A DNA stretch of 64,000 bases from Thermoplasmata archaeon. GTDB taxonomy: Archaea > Thermoplasmatota > Thermoplasmata > Lutacidiplasmatales > UBA184. The stretch's first letter is position 1, and each line of letters begins with the position of its first letter. Made by a program: the position numbers and the translations under genes. Location: the NCBI GenBank assembly GCA_022750415.1, contig JAKIVT010000001.1:38298-102297 (forward strand), in the 5' to 3' direction. Positions 18,044-28,879 of the stretch are shown one piece after another. The notes below the pieces were generated by a model. It saw only the letters and a list, made by a program, of their open reading frames with translations. It did no database searches and was not told the DNA's origin.

Positions 18044-19255
18044 CTACCCGACGATCGCTCGATGGGCGAGGGTCACGAAGTCCCGAACGACGGGCGAGGG
18101 CGTGGGGGTATCCGACATCCGCTGCGTGAGGAGGATGGTCACCGAATCCGCCCGAGGGTCGTTCGACCAGAGCGTGCCGAGCCCGCCGGACCAGCCGTAA
18201 CTCCCGACCGGTTCGGTCGGGTCGCCGGCCCGAATCACGATCGAGACCCCGTATCCCCATCCGCTCGCGCCGAAGAATCCGGGTGGCAGGACCGGGTCCG
18301 ACCGTTGGGCCTCGGTCAGGTGGTCGGTCGTCATCGCCACCACGGAACGTCGCGAGAGGAGCGGCTTTCCCTCGTGCGATTCCCCTCCGAGCAGCATCTT
18401 GGCGAAGGCGTGGTAATCGTCGACGGTCGAGACGAGGCCGGCCGCGCCGGAGGGAAACTCCGGCGGACGGCTCCACTCCCCTCCTTCCGCCGGGTCGCGG
18501 ACGACGGAGCCGCCCGTCACCGGGTCGGACTCGTACTCCGTCGTGAACCGCCCGATCTGGGACGGAGGCACCGCGAACCCGGTGTCCCGCATGCCGAGCG
18601 GCTCGAAGAGTCGCTCGCGGAGGAACGTCCCGAACGGCCGGCCGGAGACTCGGGCGATTAGGACCCCGAGCACATCCGCGCCGCCGCTGTAGATCCACTG
18701 CTCCCCGGGCTGGCTCATCAGCGGGAGCGAGCCGAGCCGCCGCATCCACTCGTCCGGGTCCGGCGGGACGCTCGGGGATGGCGGGCCCTGCCCCAACCGG
18801 AGTTCGTCGGCGGCCTTCTGGATCGGGTAGACCCCCGGCTCCATCATCAGGATTCCGAACCCCATGCGGAAGGTGAGGAGGTCCTCGACGGTGATCGGTC
18901 GCTTCGCGGGAACGGTGTCGTCGACCGGACCGTCGAGGCGGCGGAGGACCCGACGGTCGGCGAGCTCGGGGAGCCACCGGTCGACCGCGTCCTCGAGCCG
19001 GAGCGCCCCGTCCTCCACGAGCAGCATCGTGGCGGCGGCGGTCACCGGTTTCGTCATCGACGATATCCGGAACAGGGAGTCCCGCCGCATCGGAGAGGCG
19101 TTCTCGAAGGCGAGGCGCCCACAGACGCACACGTGGGTCTCCTCCTGACGCGAGACGAGCGCGACGAGCCCGGGAATACCATCGCCTTCTACGTGGGACT
19201 CGAGCTTCGCGTCCAACGCCGCGAGGTGCGCCGCACTCATCGACGGTCCGCTCAT
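18044..19255 (-). CDS. serine hydrolase, beta-lactamase/transpeptidase-like family
   Basis: Track ORF 18044..19510, trimmed to ATG 19255 (MSGPSMSAAHLAALD). The SxxK motif lies in FRISSMTKPVTAAA; length and pattern fit class C beta-lactamase-like esterases. Confidence 0.88.
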   Translation of the reverse strand: MSGPSMSAAHLAALDAKLESHVEGDGIPGLVALVSRQEETHVCVCGRLAFENASPMRRDSLFRISSMTKPVTAAATMLLVEDGALRLEDAVDRWLPELADRRVLRRLDGPVDDTVPAKRPITVEDLLTFRMGFGILMMEPGVYPIQKAADELRLGQGPPSPSVPPDPDEWMRRLGSLPLMSQPGEQWIYSGGADVLGVLIARVSGRPFGTFLRERLFEPLGMRDTGFAVPPSQIGRFTTEYESDPVTGGSVVRDPAEGGEWSRPPEFPSGAAGLVSTVDDYHAFAKMLLGGESHEGKPLLSRRSVVAMTTDHLTEAQRSDPVLPPGFFGASGWGYGVSIVIRAGDPTEPVGSYGWSGGLGTLWSNDPRADSVTILLTQRMSDTPTPSPVVRDFVTLAHRAIVG

Positions 19256-19865
19256 CGCCCCAAAGCGGCCCTCCGAGCCGGATTCGGTACCGCCGACCTC
19301 CCCGTGCCCCGTCGCCCCGTTGGAAATCGGTTCGTCCAGCGGAGGGTTCGGGTTCCGGAGAAGGTGGGCCGGGAACCCACCTTGTGCTGGAGCCCGGGCT
19401 GCAGGAACGCGGGGAGGTTTCTGGCGACATTCTCGCCGCTCGCGGTCAGCGCGGAGTGGACCTCCCGGCCCATCGGGCTTCGCGTCACCAATCCCTCCAC
19501 GCCAGTTCACGCAACCGCCTCGAGAGGACCCGGGAGGTCAACGCGGGGGTGTTCCGACGAATCTTGCCGAAGCGCGTCAGCTTCAAAAACGCGAGGTCGC
19601 GGATCCGGAGGAGGACCCGTGTTCGACCCGGCAGGTCGACGCTCTGCCGGCTTGGGTCGTTTGGGTCGACGAGTGTCTCGGACAGTCGCGCCGTGGCGGT
19701 TCTCTCGCTTGCACGGAGATAGCGAGCGCGGACCCTTCGGCCACCCGCGGGTTCCTCGAGGACGTGTTCCGGTGGAAGTTCCAGTTCGTCGCGAAGGCCC
19801 TCGACGCCCGGGGTGACCCTCGGCCGGTCCGGTCCCTCCGGGGGGCCGCTTCGGCGCGGGTGCGT

Positions 19866-20939
19866 CTACACCGGAACGAACGGACGCGGGGGCGCGGCAA
19901 AGTCGAACGCTTCGCGGAAGTCGTTCGCAGCGGCGTCCCGCGTGCTGAGCGGCGTGAGTCCGAACCGAACCTCGATGAACTTCAGGATCGACGTATGGTC
20001 GTTCACGGCGTGGTCGACGAATCCGGCCCGCGCGAACGGCGATACGACGAGGCACGGCACTCGGAACCCTCGGCCGAACGCATCGACTTGCGGGGGCGGG
20101 ACGTGGTCGTAGAATCCCCCGTAGTCGTCCCAGGTGACGAACAGGGCGAGCGACGACCAGAACGGGCTCCGGCCAAGGGCGTTGACGATTCCGTCCGCCA
20201 CCGCGCTCTCGCCGGTCTGCACGTTGGCGGGCGGGTGTTCGCTCCCTCCGGCGGCTCCGATGATCCAGGTGACGTCCGCAAGCGTCCCGGCCGCGAGGTC
20301 CTTGGCGAAGGCGGTCGCGGGATGGAAGCGGCTGGCGGCGCCCGGTGTCTTCTGGACGTACTCGAAGCTCTCGTACCACTTCGTGAAGCCGTAGACGTTC
20401 CACGATACGCCGCGCGCGTCGAGCCGCGCGAACACCGGCGGGAAAGGCAGCGACACGGGGACGTTGTCGTCCTCCAGCCCTCCGCACGTGCCGGCGACGA
20501 GGAACAGGTGGTTCGGGGCGCTTTCCGTCATCGCTGCCGTGAAGTACCGGTCGCAGAGCACGAACTGGTCCGCGATCGCCCAGTACCGGGCGAGGTCGGA
20601 CCGGTCGAAGTACGACATCGTGGTCGGGCTCCCCTCCGAGTAGACGAACCCGTCCATCTTGCCCCCGTCGAAATCGGCGTGCGCCGCCGCCCAGTTGTGG
20701 GTGTGGTCGGGGGGCGTCAGCGTCGGGCTGTGGTACGGCGCGACCGTGGACGGAGCTCCCGGCGTCGCGGGGAGCACAATCCCCTTGCCGAGTGTGCCGT
20801 CCGCGCCCGGGTAAGTACCGAAGTAGTTGTCGAACGTATGGTTCTCCTGCAGCACCACCACGATCTTCGCGATCGAGGACACATCCGCCCCTGGGCGTCT
20901 CGGAACGCTCGGGCTCGCAGGGTTGGGCACCGCGGGCAT
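19866..20939 (-). CDS. phosphoesterase family protein (phospholipase C / acid phosphatase AcpA-like)
   Basis: 357 aa with the hallmark [21 protein letters not shown], later [15 protein letters not shown] and [10 protein letters not shown]. Confidence 0.9.
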   Translation of the reverse strand: MPAVPNPASPSVPRRPGADVSSIAKIVVVLQENHTFDNYFGTYPGADGTLGKGIVLPATPGAPSTVAPYHSPTLTPPDHTHNWAAAHADFDGGKMDGFVYSEGSPTTMSYFDRSDLARYWAIADQFVLCDRYFTAAMTESAPNHLFLVAGTCGGLEDDNVPVSLPFPPVFARLDARGVSWNVYGFTKWYESFEYVQKTPGAASRFHPATAFAKDLAAGTLADVTWIIGAAGGSEHPPANVQTGESAVADGIVNALGRSPFWSSLALFVTWDDYGGFYDHVPPPQVDAFGRGFRVPCLVVSPFARAGFVDHAVNDHTSILKFIEVRFGLTPLSTRDAAANDFREAFDFAAPPRPFVPV

Positions 20940-21065
20940 TCGTACAAGGGAGTCCTCGGTCCCACATGAACCGGCCCGGGTCGCGTTCCCTTCGCGCGGT
21001 CGCCCAGCCCGCCCTTGTCCCGGGCGGGGAGTTAGCCGGAAGTACCCGCTGCCCGTGGGTCTCCC

Positions 21066-21623
21066 ATGGGCGACTCCGAGGGGTACGATACCGACCTCAC
21101 GACCCGCATCCGCGCCGAGTTCGACGAGCGCTCCCTGGCCGCCCCGGAGGAGGCGAGCGAACTGGCCCGGTTGTGGGGCCGTCTCAACGGAGAATTCCAG
21201 GGCCTGCTGTCCGACCCGATCCGCCGGGAGCGAATTCGGGCGCTCCTCCAGCCCCCGAGCTCGGGAACTCCGAGCGCCGGTTCGGCACGGCCCCTTCCGG
21301 GCTTACTCGGCGAAATCGCGGAGCTCAGCGCCCGGCTCGACGGATCCGACGACCCCTCGGAAGGATTTGTCCTGGCCGAGAGCGTCGCCGACCAGGCCCA
21401 CCTCCTCGCGCATACCGTCGAAGGGTTCCGCGCCGCCCTCGACCCCGCGGCGGCGATCACCGATGCCTTCCATCGGTTCGCGGCCCTTCTCAGCCAGCTC
21501 CTCCGAAACGCAATCGAGAAGATGCGAGCCTTCGCCCACCTCCTCCATGTGACCTCGTTTACGGTGACGTTCGCATCCACGCCCCCGCAGGTCTCGGTGG
21601 CGTTCACCTTCGACCCAGCGTGA
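21066..21623 (+). CDS. hypothetical protein
   Basis: 185-aa ORF with an ATG start and acidic/helical protein-like composition. No recognised family. Confidence 0.5.
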   Translation: MGDSEGYDTDLTTRIRAEFDERSLAAPEEASELARLWGRLNGEFQGLLSDPIRRERIRALLQPPSSGTPSAGSARPLPGLLGEIAELSARLDGSDDPSEGFVLAESVADQAHLLAHTVEGFRAALDPAAAITDAFHRFAALLSQLLRNAIEKMRAFAHLLHVTSFTVTFASTPPQVSVAFTFDPA

Positions 21624-21771
21624 GCGCCCGGTGCTCGATTTCCGGTTGGAATTTCCCCGTACCGGGCTTGGCCCGGTCGCGAGAACCGGTCGGCGGATGA
21701 GCCGACCGTCTCCGGCCCGCGCGAAACCCTAAATACGAAACCACCCGTCGAACGCCCGGTCGGGACAGGAC

Positions 21772-22050
21772 ATGGTTCAGGTCGATATCGTTCTGGAGAA
21801 GTGCACGGGTTGCGCCCACTGCCGTGACGTCTGCCCAGTGAACGTGTTCGAGCTCAAGCCCCGGGACCAGTTCCCGGATTGCGTCGACGACGCCGCGATC
21901 GGTGCCAAGTTCCAGTTCCGTGGCGAGAAGTCGATCGCGATCAACGGCCCGGAGTGCATCGTGTGCGAGGCGTGCCTCTTCGAGTGCGAAGGGGAATGCA
22001 TCACGATCACGGACGACGAGGGCCACGTCCACACCTCGACGTACAAGTAG
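21772..22050 (+). CDS. 4Fe-4S ferredoxin-type protein
   Basis: 92 aa with CTGCAHCRDVCP and CIVCEACLFEC cluster motifs. An AT-rich CTAAATA box lies about 37 nt upstream. Confidence 0.85.
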   Translation: MVQVDIVLEKCTGCAHCRDVCPVNVFELKPRDQFPDCVDDAAIGAKFQFRGEKSIAINGPECIVCEACLFECEGECITITDDEGHVHTSTYK

Positions 22051-22121
22051 GCCGGACGCGCCGGTTTCCGGCTCCCGAACCATCGTCCCTCGACGAGAAT
22101 TTCCCCTTCCCGGGGGAGCCG

Positions 22122-22128
22122 TTAAATA
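22122..22128 (+). promoter_or_regulatory. TATA-box-like element upstream of atpF
   Basis: TTAAATA stands alone in GC-rich sequence and ends 24 nt before the atpF ATG (22153). This spacing fits a leaderless or near-leaderless archaeal transcript. Confidence 0.5.
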
Positions 22129-22152
22129 GACGGAGTCCCCGCCGGGGCCGCC

Positions 22153-22491
22153 ATGCCGGAAGCGCCGCCGGACGACGGTGGAACGGTCGTACTCGGCGAG
22201 CGCGAACTCGCCATCGGTTTCCGGTTGATTGGCATGAAGGACGTCATCGAAGTGACGCCCGAGACCGCCGGCCGCGAGTTCCAGAAGGTCATGAACGACG
22301 GCCGGTTCAGCCTCGTGGTCGCGAGCCAGTCGGTCCGCAAGACGCTGACCGACGCCCAGCGCTCGGCGGCCGAATCGTCCCTCGCCCCGCTTGTCGTCTT
22401 CGTCCCTCCCCCCACCGGGGAGTACGAGGTCGAAAGCGTCGAGACCCTCGCGAAGCGGGTCCTCGGCGTCACGCTCTCGATGCCGAAGTGA
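22153..22491 (+). CDS. atpF: A-type ATP synthase subunit F
   Basis: 112 aa with [16 protein letters not shown]. It lies directly upstream of atpA. Confidence 0.85.
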   Translation: MPEAPPDDGGTVVLGERELAIGFRLIGMKDVIEVTPETAGREFQKVMNDGRFSLVVASQSVRKTLTDAQRSAAESSLAPLVVFVPPPTGEYEVESVETLAKRVLGVTLSMPK

Positions 22492-22498
22492 GCAGTCA

Positions 22499-24253
22499 AT
22501 GGGAGTCATCGCACGGGTATCCGGTCCGGTCGTCATCGCCGAAGGGCTCACCGGCGCGAAGATGTTCGACGTCGTCCGGGTCGGGGACCTTGGGCTCGTC
22601 GGGGAGATCATCCGGCTCGTGGGCGACACCGCCACGGTCCAGGTGTACGAGGATACGACCGGTGTGCGACCGGGGGATCCCGTCGAGACGACCGGCCAGG
22701 CGCTCTCGGTCGAACTAGGCCCGGGGCTTCTCCAATCCATCTACGACGGTGTGCAACGCCCCCTCGAGGTCTTGCAGAAGAATCTCGGGGATTTCATCAC
22801 ACGGGGATTCGTCGCTCCGCCCCTCAACGAGACGAAGAAGTGGGAATTCACCCCGGTCGCCAAGGTGGGCGCGAGCGTCACGCCCGGCACCATCCTCGGC
22901 ACCGTACAAGAGACACCGCTCATTCTCCACAAGATCATGGTCCCGCCAGGAGTCTCCGGCACGCTGGACGAGCTGAAGGCCGGCACGTTCACGATTCGGG
23001 AGAACATCGGCTCCATCCGCACCTCTACGGGCAAGCAGCCGCTGACCCTGACCCACAAGTGGGTCGTGCGGGTCCCGAGGCCGGTTCAGCAGAAACTCGC
23101 ACCGGGCATCCCGCTCATCACGGGCCAGCGCGTCATTGACACGTTCTTCCCCGTGGCCAAGGGTGGCACCGCCTGCATTCCGGGACCCTTCGGATCCGGG
23201 AAAACGGTCACGCAGCAACAGCTCGCGAAATGGGCCGACTCCGACATCGTGGTCTACGTCGGCTGCGGCGAACGCGGCAACGAGATGACGGAGGTTCTGG
23301 CGACCTTCCCCAACCTTCAGGATCCCAAGTCGAAGCGGCCGCTCATGGAGCGGACCATCCTCATCGCGAACACCTCGAACATGCCGGTCGCGGCGCGAGA
23401 AGCGAGCGTGTACACCGGCATCACAATCGCCGAGTACTACCGGGACATGGGGTACGACGTCGCCCTCATGGCCGACTCGACCAGCCGTTGGGCAGAGGCG
23501 ATGCGGGAGATCTCCGGCCGTCTCGAGGAGATGCCGGGCGAGGAAGGGTACCCCGCCTACTTGGGACGGCGGGTCGCCGAATTCTACGAGCGGGCTGGGC
23601 GGGTCGTCACGATCTCCCCCGAGAATCGGTCCGGTTCGATCACCGTCGTCGGCGCGGTCAGTCCTCCGGGCGGAGACTTCTCCGAGCCGGTCAGTCAGAA
23701 CACGCTCCGCGTCACGCGGGTCTTTTGGGCGCTCGATGCGAGTCTCGCTTCGCGCCGCCACTTCCCCTCGATCAACTGGCTGCAGAGCTACTCCCTCTAC
23801 GTCAACGACCTCGAGGCCTGGTACAAGGCGAACCTGGCCGCCGACTTTGTCCAGCTCCGCCAGAAGGCGCTAGAGACGCTCCAGAAGGAGTCGGAACTCC
23901 AGGAAATCGTCCAACTCGTAGGGGTCGACGCCCTCCCGGAACGGGAGAAAGGGATCCTGGACATCGCCCGGATGCTGCGCGAGGACTACCTCCAGCAATC
24001 GGCGTACGACGATGTCGACACGTACACCTCGATTGGGAAGCAGTACCGGATGTTGCGGGCCATCCTCACGTTCGGCGAGCGCGAGCAGGACGCCATTTTG
24101 AAAGGCGCTCTCGTCGGCGATATCCAGAAGCTCCCCGTACGCCAGAAGTTGAGCCGGATGAAATGGATCGCCGAGGCGGGCCTCACGAGTGAATTCGATG
24201 TGATCGACTCGGAGATGACGAGTTCCCTTGCGGCGCTCGCCGGAGGGGCCTAG
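22499..24253 (+). CDS. atpA: A-type ATP synthase catalytic subunit A
   Basis: Track ORF 22391..24253, trimmed to ATG 22499 ([17 protein letters not shown]). Walker A is GPFGSGKTV. At 584 aa it has no intein insertion. Confidence 0.97.
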   Translation: MGVIARVSGPVVIAEGLTGAKMFDVVRVGDLGLVGEIIRLVGDTATVQVYEDTTGVRPGDPVETTGQALSVELGPGLLQSIYDGVQRPLEVLQKNLGDFITRGFVAPPLNETKKWEFTPVAKVGASVTPGTILGTVQETPLILHKIMVPPGVSGTLDELKAGTFTIRENIGSIRTSTGKQPLTLTHKWVVRVPRPVQQKLAPGIPLITGQRVIDTFFPVAKGGTACIPGPFGSGKTVTQQQLAKWADSDIVVYVGCGERGNEMTEVLATFPNLQDPKSKRPLMERTILIANTSNMPVAAREASVYTGITIAEYYRDMGYDVALMADSTSRWAEAMREISGRLEEMPGEEGYPAYLGRRVAEFYERAGRVVTISPENRSGSITVVGAVSPPGGDFSEPVSQNTLRVTRVFWALDASLASRRHFPSINWLQSYSLYVNDLEAWYKANLAADFVQLRQKALETLQKESELQEIVQLVGVDALPEREKGILDIARMLREDYLQQSAYDDVDTYTSIGKQYRMLRAILTFGEREQDAILKGALVGDIQKLPVRQKLSRMKWIAEAGLTSEFDVIDSEMTSSLAALAGGA

Positions 24254-24255
24254 TC

Positions 24256-25677
24256 ATGGCCCAGACCAAGGCGGCGGCCCGTCCTCCAACCCCGGCCGTA
24301 CCCGTGGAGTACCGGACCATCGATCGCATTTCCGGTCCACTGTTGTTCGTCCGCGAAGTGGCGAACGCGGCGTACGGCGAGATCGTCGAAATTGCGCTCC
24401 CGGATGGCACCCGACGGCAGGGCCAGGTGTTGGACTCCCGGAAGGGACTCGCCATCGTCCAGGTGTTCGGCCCGACCATGGGGATGAACGTCACCACGAC
24501 GAGCGTGAAGTTCCTTGGCGAGGTCGCGCAACTGCCCGTATCCGACGCGATGCTCGGCCGTGTGTTCAATGGCCTCGGCGAGCCCCGCGACGGGGGCCCG
24601 CGCATCGTGTCCGACCAGCGTCTCGAGATCGTCGGGAACGCCATGAACCCGTACAGCCGGGAAGAGCCGAGCGAGTTCATCCAAACCGGTCTCTCGAACA
24701 TCGACGTGATGAACACCCTGGTCCGGGGACAGAAACTCCCCATCTTCTCCGGAGCAGGACTTCCCCACAACCAACTCGCGGCCCAGATTGTCCGGCAGGC
24801 GAAACTGCGCAACTCCTCCGAGAGCTTCGCGGTCGTCTTCGCCGCGATGGGGATCACGAGCGAGGAGGCGAACTTCTTCCTCAAGGAGTTCGAGTCCACC
24901 GGCGCGCTCGAACGCACCGTTGTGTTCCTGAACCTCTCGAGCGACCCGTCGATGGAACGGGTCATCACGCCGCGGATGGCGCTCACGACGGCCGAGTTCC
25001 TCGCCTACGAGCGCGACATGCACATCCTGGTCGTCATGACGGACATGACGAACTACTGCGAGGCGCTCCGGGAGATCGCGAGCGCGCGGGAAGAGGTGCC
25101 GGGACGCCGGGGCTACCCGGGCTACCTCTATACCGACCTGGCGACGCTGTACGAGCGCGCCGGGAAGATCCACGGCCGCAAGGGTTCGATCACCCAGCTC
25201 CCGATCCTCACGATGCCGGCCGACGACATCACCCACCCGATTCCCGACCTGACGGGCTACATCACCGAGGGCCAGATCGTCGCGAGCCGCGACCTCCAAC
25301 GGCGCGGCGTCTACCCACCGATCGATGTGCTCACGTCCCTCTCGCGTCTGATGAACCAGGGAATCGGCAAGGGCCGCACCCGGGAAGACCACCGCGGTGT
25401 CGCCGACCAGCTGTACGCGAGCTACGCCACCGGGAAGGACCAGCGGGCCCTCTCGGCGATCGTCGGAGAGGACTCGCTCAGCGCGGTCGACCGGATTTAC
25501 CTGAAGATCGCCGAGCGGTTCGAGAACGAGTTCGTCAACCAGCGACCCGACGAGGACCGGTCGATCGACGACAGCCTCGCGATCGCCTGGGACATCCTTT
25601 CGGAGCTGCCCGAGTCGGAACTGAAGCGGCTCAAGCCCGAGTTCATCGCGAAATACAAGACGAAGCCGGCGGCGTAG
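24256..25677 (+). CDS. atpB: A-type ATP synthase subunit B
   Basis: 473 aa starting [15 protein letters not shown], with a typical subunit B pattern. It begins 2 nt after the atpA stop. Confidence 0.97.
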   Translation: MAQTKAAARPPTPAVPVEYRTIDRISGPLLFVREVANAAYGEIVEIALPDGTRRQGQVLDSRKGLAIVQVFGPTMGMNVTTTSVKFLGEVAQLPVSDAMLGRVFNGLGEPRDGGPRIVSDQRLEIVGNAMNPYSREEPSEFIQTGLSNIDVMNTLVRGQKLPIFSGAGLPHNQLAAQIVRQAKLRNSSESFAVVFAAMGITSEEANFFLKEFESTGALERTVVFLNLSSDPSMERVITPRMALTTAEFLAYERDMHILVVMTDMTNYCEALREIASAREEVPGRRGYPGYLYTDLATLYERAGKIHGRKGSITQLPILTMPADDITHPIPDLTGYITEGQIVASRDLQRRGVYPPIDVLTSLSRLMNQGIGKGRTREDHRGVADQLYASYATGKDQRALSAIVGEDSLSAVDRIYLKIAERFENEFVNQRPDEDRSIDDSLAIAWDILSELPESELKRLKPEFIAKYKTKPAA

Positions 25678-25705
25678 TCAGGCTCTCGTCCATCCGGAGC
25701 GGAAC

Positions 25706-26359
25706 GTGGCCCAGGAGAACATCCGCCCAACGCGGCTCGAACTGCTGCGCACGCGACGGCGGATCGTCCTCGCGAAGAAGGGCCTCAATCTCCTCAAGCT
25801 GAAGCGCTCCGCGCTGATCGCCGAATTCTTCAATCTCTCCAAGCAAGCGCTCGCGCTCCGCGGCGACCTGCAGAAAAAGATCGGGCGCGGCTACGCCTCG
25901 ATCCGGCAGGCGGAGATGATGGAGGGCCCGACCCGGCTCGAGTCGATCTCGATGCTGTTGCCGGAGGTCCTTCCGGTGAAGGTCTCGACGAAGAACGTCA
26001 TGGGCGTCAAGACGCCGAAGGTGGACGCTGGCGCCTACTCGCCGGTCGCCGCCCCAGCGCTGCTCGACCTTCCGACGCCGATCATGGAGTCCATCCGCCA
26101 CTTCCAGGGAATCTACCAGGTCATCCTCGACATCGCCGAGAAGGAAAACGCCCTCCGGCGGCTCCTCAAGGAGATCGAGAAGACCAAGCGGCGGGCCAGC
26201 GCGATCGAGAACGTCCTCATCCCGCGGCTCCAGGGGACGGTGCGGTACATCAAATTCCGTTTCGACGAGCTCGAACGGGACGCGTTCAGCATGCTGAAGA
26301 CCGTCAAGCGGAAGATGGAAGCCGAGGAGGCGAAGGCGGCCGATGCTCTCGCTGCGTAA
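25706..26359 (+). CDS. atpD: A-type ATP synthase subunit D
   Basis: 217 aa with a GTG start; IRPTRLELLRTRRRIVLAKKGLNLLKLKRSAL is the characteristic N-terminus. Confidence 0.92.
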   Translation: MAQENIRPTRLELLRTRRRIVLAKKGLNLLKLKRSALIAEFFNLSKQALALRGDLQKKIGRGYASIRQAEMMEGPTRLESISMLLPEVLPVKVSTKNVMGVKTPKVDAGAYSPVAAPALLDLPTPIMESIRHFQGIYQVILDIAEKENALRRLLKEIEKTKRRASAIENVLIPRLQGTVRYIKFRFDELERDAFSMLKTVKRKMEAEEAKAADALAA

Positions 26360-26475
26360 CCCTTCTCCGGCGGTCGTTCGATTCCGCCGCGTGGTCACGC
26401 TCTCGCTGCTCGTCCGGGTCGTCGTTCTGGTGGTGGCGGGATTCCTGATCTTGAACTATTTGGGAGGAACGTAAG

Positions 26476-26838
26476 ATGACCGATCCGACGGGGACGCCGG
26501 GCGAGACGAACGCGTCGATCGAGGCACTCAAGCGGTTGAAGGCCGCGGAGTCCGAGACGGAGGCGAAGCTCCGTCAGGTCCGCGAAGAGGGCACCGAGCA
26601 CCTCAAGCAGCTCGCGCTCTCCGCCGAGGAGTCGGTCCGGGTCGCGAAGGCATCCGCCGAGCGCGAGGCCGAGTCGACCATCGAACGGGCGCGCACCGGG
26701 CTCACCGGCGACGTCGCCGCGCTCCTCAAGGTCGGAGAGGCCGACGCGGCAAAGGTCGGCGTCCGCTCCAAGGCCGCTCTGGCGAGCCTCGAATCCAAGC
26801 TGCTCGACGCCGTGCTCGGAGAGTTCCGCTCCGACTGA
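26476..26838 (+). CDS. atpH: A-type ATP synthase subunit H (peripheral stalk, coiled coil)
   Basis: 120-aa Ala/Glu-rich coiled coil located between atpD and atpI. GGGAGG lies 8 nt upstream of the ATG. Confidence 0.72.
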   Translation: MTDPTGTPGETNASIEALKRLKAAESETEAKLRQVREEGTEHLKQLALSAEESVRVAKASAEREAESTIERARTGLTGDVAALLKVGEADAAKVGVRSKAALASLESKLLDAVLGEFRSD

Positions 26839-26854
26839 GCGTACGAGGTCGACC

Positions 26855-28858
26855 GTGCCGTTCCTGCGCCCGCTTCCGTTCTCGAAGGTCGCCATCCTCG
26901 GGCTCAACGAGGACCGCGAGGTGATCCTCGCGGTGCTCCACGACCTCGGGGTCCTCCAGGTCGAGCCGATCGGGAAGGACGCGCTCGAATACCTCGAACC
27001 GGAGCGCGCGAGCGAGCTGCAGCGGCATGTCGCCGACCAGCTGGTCCGGTTCCGGGGCCTTCTCGCCGCCCTCCCGAAGTCGCCGGTCGGCGCACCGTTC
27101 GCCTTCCGCAACATCGACGAGCTCTCCGCGGCGGCGAAGACCATCCCGATCGACTCCGAGGTCGGCCGTCTGAAACGCGAGGAAGATCAGCTCACCACCG
27201 AGCGGCGCTCCCTCGAGGAGACCACCGACCTGCTGGCCCGCTTCGCGTTCTTTGGTGGCCGGTACAGCGACCTCAGCGCAAAGTCCGCGGTGGCCCTCTT
27301 CGGCGAAGGGGAGGCCGACGCCGTCGAGGATTGGCGGGCCGCCGCGCCGTCCCTCCGGTCCGCCCCCCTCGTCCTCCACCCGGCCGACAAGAACTCGGTC
27401 CGCTTCCTCCTCGCCGTCCCTTCGACCGAGATCGAATCGGTCACTCGCCTGGCCGCCGCCCACAACGTCCGCCTCACCAGCGCGCCCAAGCTCGACGGCA
27501 CCGCCGCCGAGGAGACCCCGAAGTTGCAGGCCCGGCTCGCCGTTGTCGACCAGCGGCTCGCGGAGATCCACGCGCGGCTCGTCGAGCTCGCGAAGGAGTG
27601 GTATCCAAAGGTCGCCGCCCTCGCGGAGGCGTTCGAGATCGAGAACCGGAAGCTCGACGTCCACAGCCGTCTCGGCACGAGCCGTCGGGCCTTCGACCTG
27701 GAAGGGTGGGTCCCGACCCGCGACCTCGCCCAGCTGAAGCGGACCCTGCTCGCCGCGGTCAACGACCGGGCCGAGGTGTTCGAGGTCCCCACCCACGAGG
27801 AGCCTCCGACCTTCATCGAGAACCGCGCAGGGGTCCGGCGGTTCGAGTTCTTCATCCGGTTCTACTCGCTGCCCCAGGCGACCGAGTGGGACCCGACGAT
27901 CGTCTTCGCGATCGTCTTCCCGATCTTCTTCGGCCTGATGCTCGCCGACTGGGGGTATGGGCTCGTCATCCTCGGCTTCTGCGTCTGGATGATCGCGAAC
28001 TTCCCCGGTCGGAAGTACGTCCCCGGCCCGATCAAGAACTTCCTGAAAATGATCATGGCTCCCTCGGGGATGCGCTCGCTCGCCTACGCGCTCCTCCCGG
28101 GCTGCCTGCTCGCCATCGCCCTCGGCCTCGTCTTCAACGCGTTCTTCGGCGCGGCGGTGATCCCCGGCTACCACTCCCCCGTCGACCCGATCGACCACGT
28201 CGGGACGTACCTCGTTCTCGCCGGCTACATCGGCATCGCGATGGTCGTCTTCGGCTTCGCCCTCGGCGCGATCAAGGAGTACTTCCACCACCGGTACCGG
28301 CACGCGGCCGCGAAGGTCGGCGGGATCGCGGCGACGTTCGGAATCTCCCTCCTCGGCCTCGGCCTCATCCACAGCAGCTTCGGGAACCCGCTCTTGCTCT
28401 ACGGTCCGCTCGCCCTCGTCATCGCGGGGGCGCTCCTCTTCGCCATCGGCGAGGGCGCCCAGCAGGGGATCATGGGGATCATCGAGGTCCTCAGCCACGT
28501 GTTGTCGTACACCCGGCTCATCGGGATCCTCCTCGCGAGCGTCATCCTCGCCACGGTGATCAACACCATCTCGGTCGGCGCGGACGGCCACGGCGGGCTC
28601 ATCCTGGGCGGCGGCGGCATCGCCCTGCTGATCTTCGGGATCGTCATCCTGCTCATGGGGCAGGTGTTCAATGTGATCCTCGGCGTCTTCGAGCCCGGGA
28701 TCCAAGGGGCCCGGTTGATCTTCGTCGAGTACTTCTCGAAGTTCTACTCGGGGAACGGCAAGGAGTTCAAGCCTCTCCGCTCCGCGCGGACCCACACGGC
28801 CCCCGGGTCCATGAACCCCGGTTCCCTGCCGCCCATCCCGCCGCGCGCTGTCCCTTGA
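26855..28858 (+). CDS. atpI: A-type ATP synthase subunit I (a-subunit)
   Basis: 667 aa with a GTG start. It has a soluble N-terminal half and a multi-TM C-terminal half with the conserved Arg segment LSHVLSYTRLIGILLAS. Confidence 0.93.
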   Translation: MPFLRPLPFSKVAILGLNEDREVILAVLHDLGVLQVEPIGKDALEYLEPERASELQRHVADQLVRFRGLLAALPKSPVGAPFAFRNIDELSAAAKTIPIDSEVGRLKREEDQLTTERRSLEETTDLLARFAFFGGRYSDLSAKSAVALFGEGEADAVEDWRAAAPSLRSAPLVLHPADKNSVRFLLAVPSTEIESVTRLAAAHNVRLTSAPKLDGTAAEETPKLQARLAVVDQRLAEIHARLVELAKEWYPKVAALAEAFEIENRKLDVHSRLGTSRRAFDLEGWVPTRDLAQLKRTLLAAVNDRAEVFEVPTHEEPPTFIENRAGVRRFEFFIRFYSLPQATEWDPTIVFAIVFPIFFGLMLADWGYGLVILGFCVWMIANFPGRKYVPGPIKNFLKMIMAPSGMRSLAYALLPGCLLAIALGLVFNAFFGAAVIPGYHSPVDPIDHVGTYLVLAGYIGIAMVVFGFALGAIKEYFHHRYRHAAAKVGGIAATFGISLLGLGLIHSSFGNPLLLYGPLALVIAGALLFAIGEGAQQGIMGIIEVLSHVLSYTRLIGILLASVILATVINTISVGADGHGGLILGGGGIALLIFGIVILLMGQVFNVILGVFEPGIQGARLIFVEYFSKFYSGNGKEFKPLRSARTHTAPGSMNPGSLPPIPPRAVP

Positions 28859-28879
28859 AGGGACCGGGCCGCCGAGGGC

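Noticed and set aside
19485-19868. Possible TAG read-through (e.g. pyrrolysine-type recoding) extending the phosphoesterase by 126 codons in the same frame.
   Set aside because: TAG ends several well-defined genes here (L37e, atpA, Mpg, DUF929). The phosphoesterase looks complete at its normal C-terminus. The extension has no family signature, and long open frames are expected by chance at this GC content.
22499-24253. Inteins in atpA (and likewise in nrdJ 40068..42833 and the PolB homologue 7308..9734), which are common insertion hosts in archaea.
   Set aside because: The proteins have normal lengths and their conserved motifs are contiguous. No Cys/Ser...HN-Cys/Ser/Thr splice-junction blocks or endonuclease inserts are visible.
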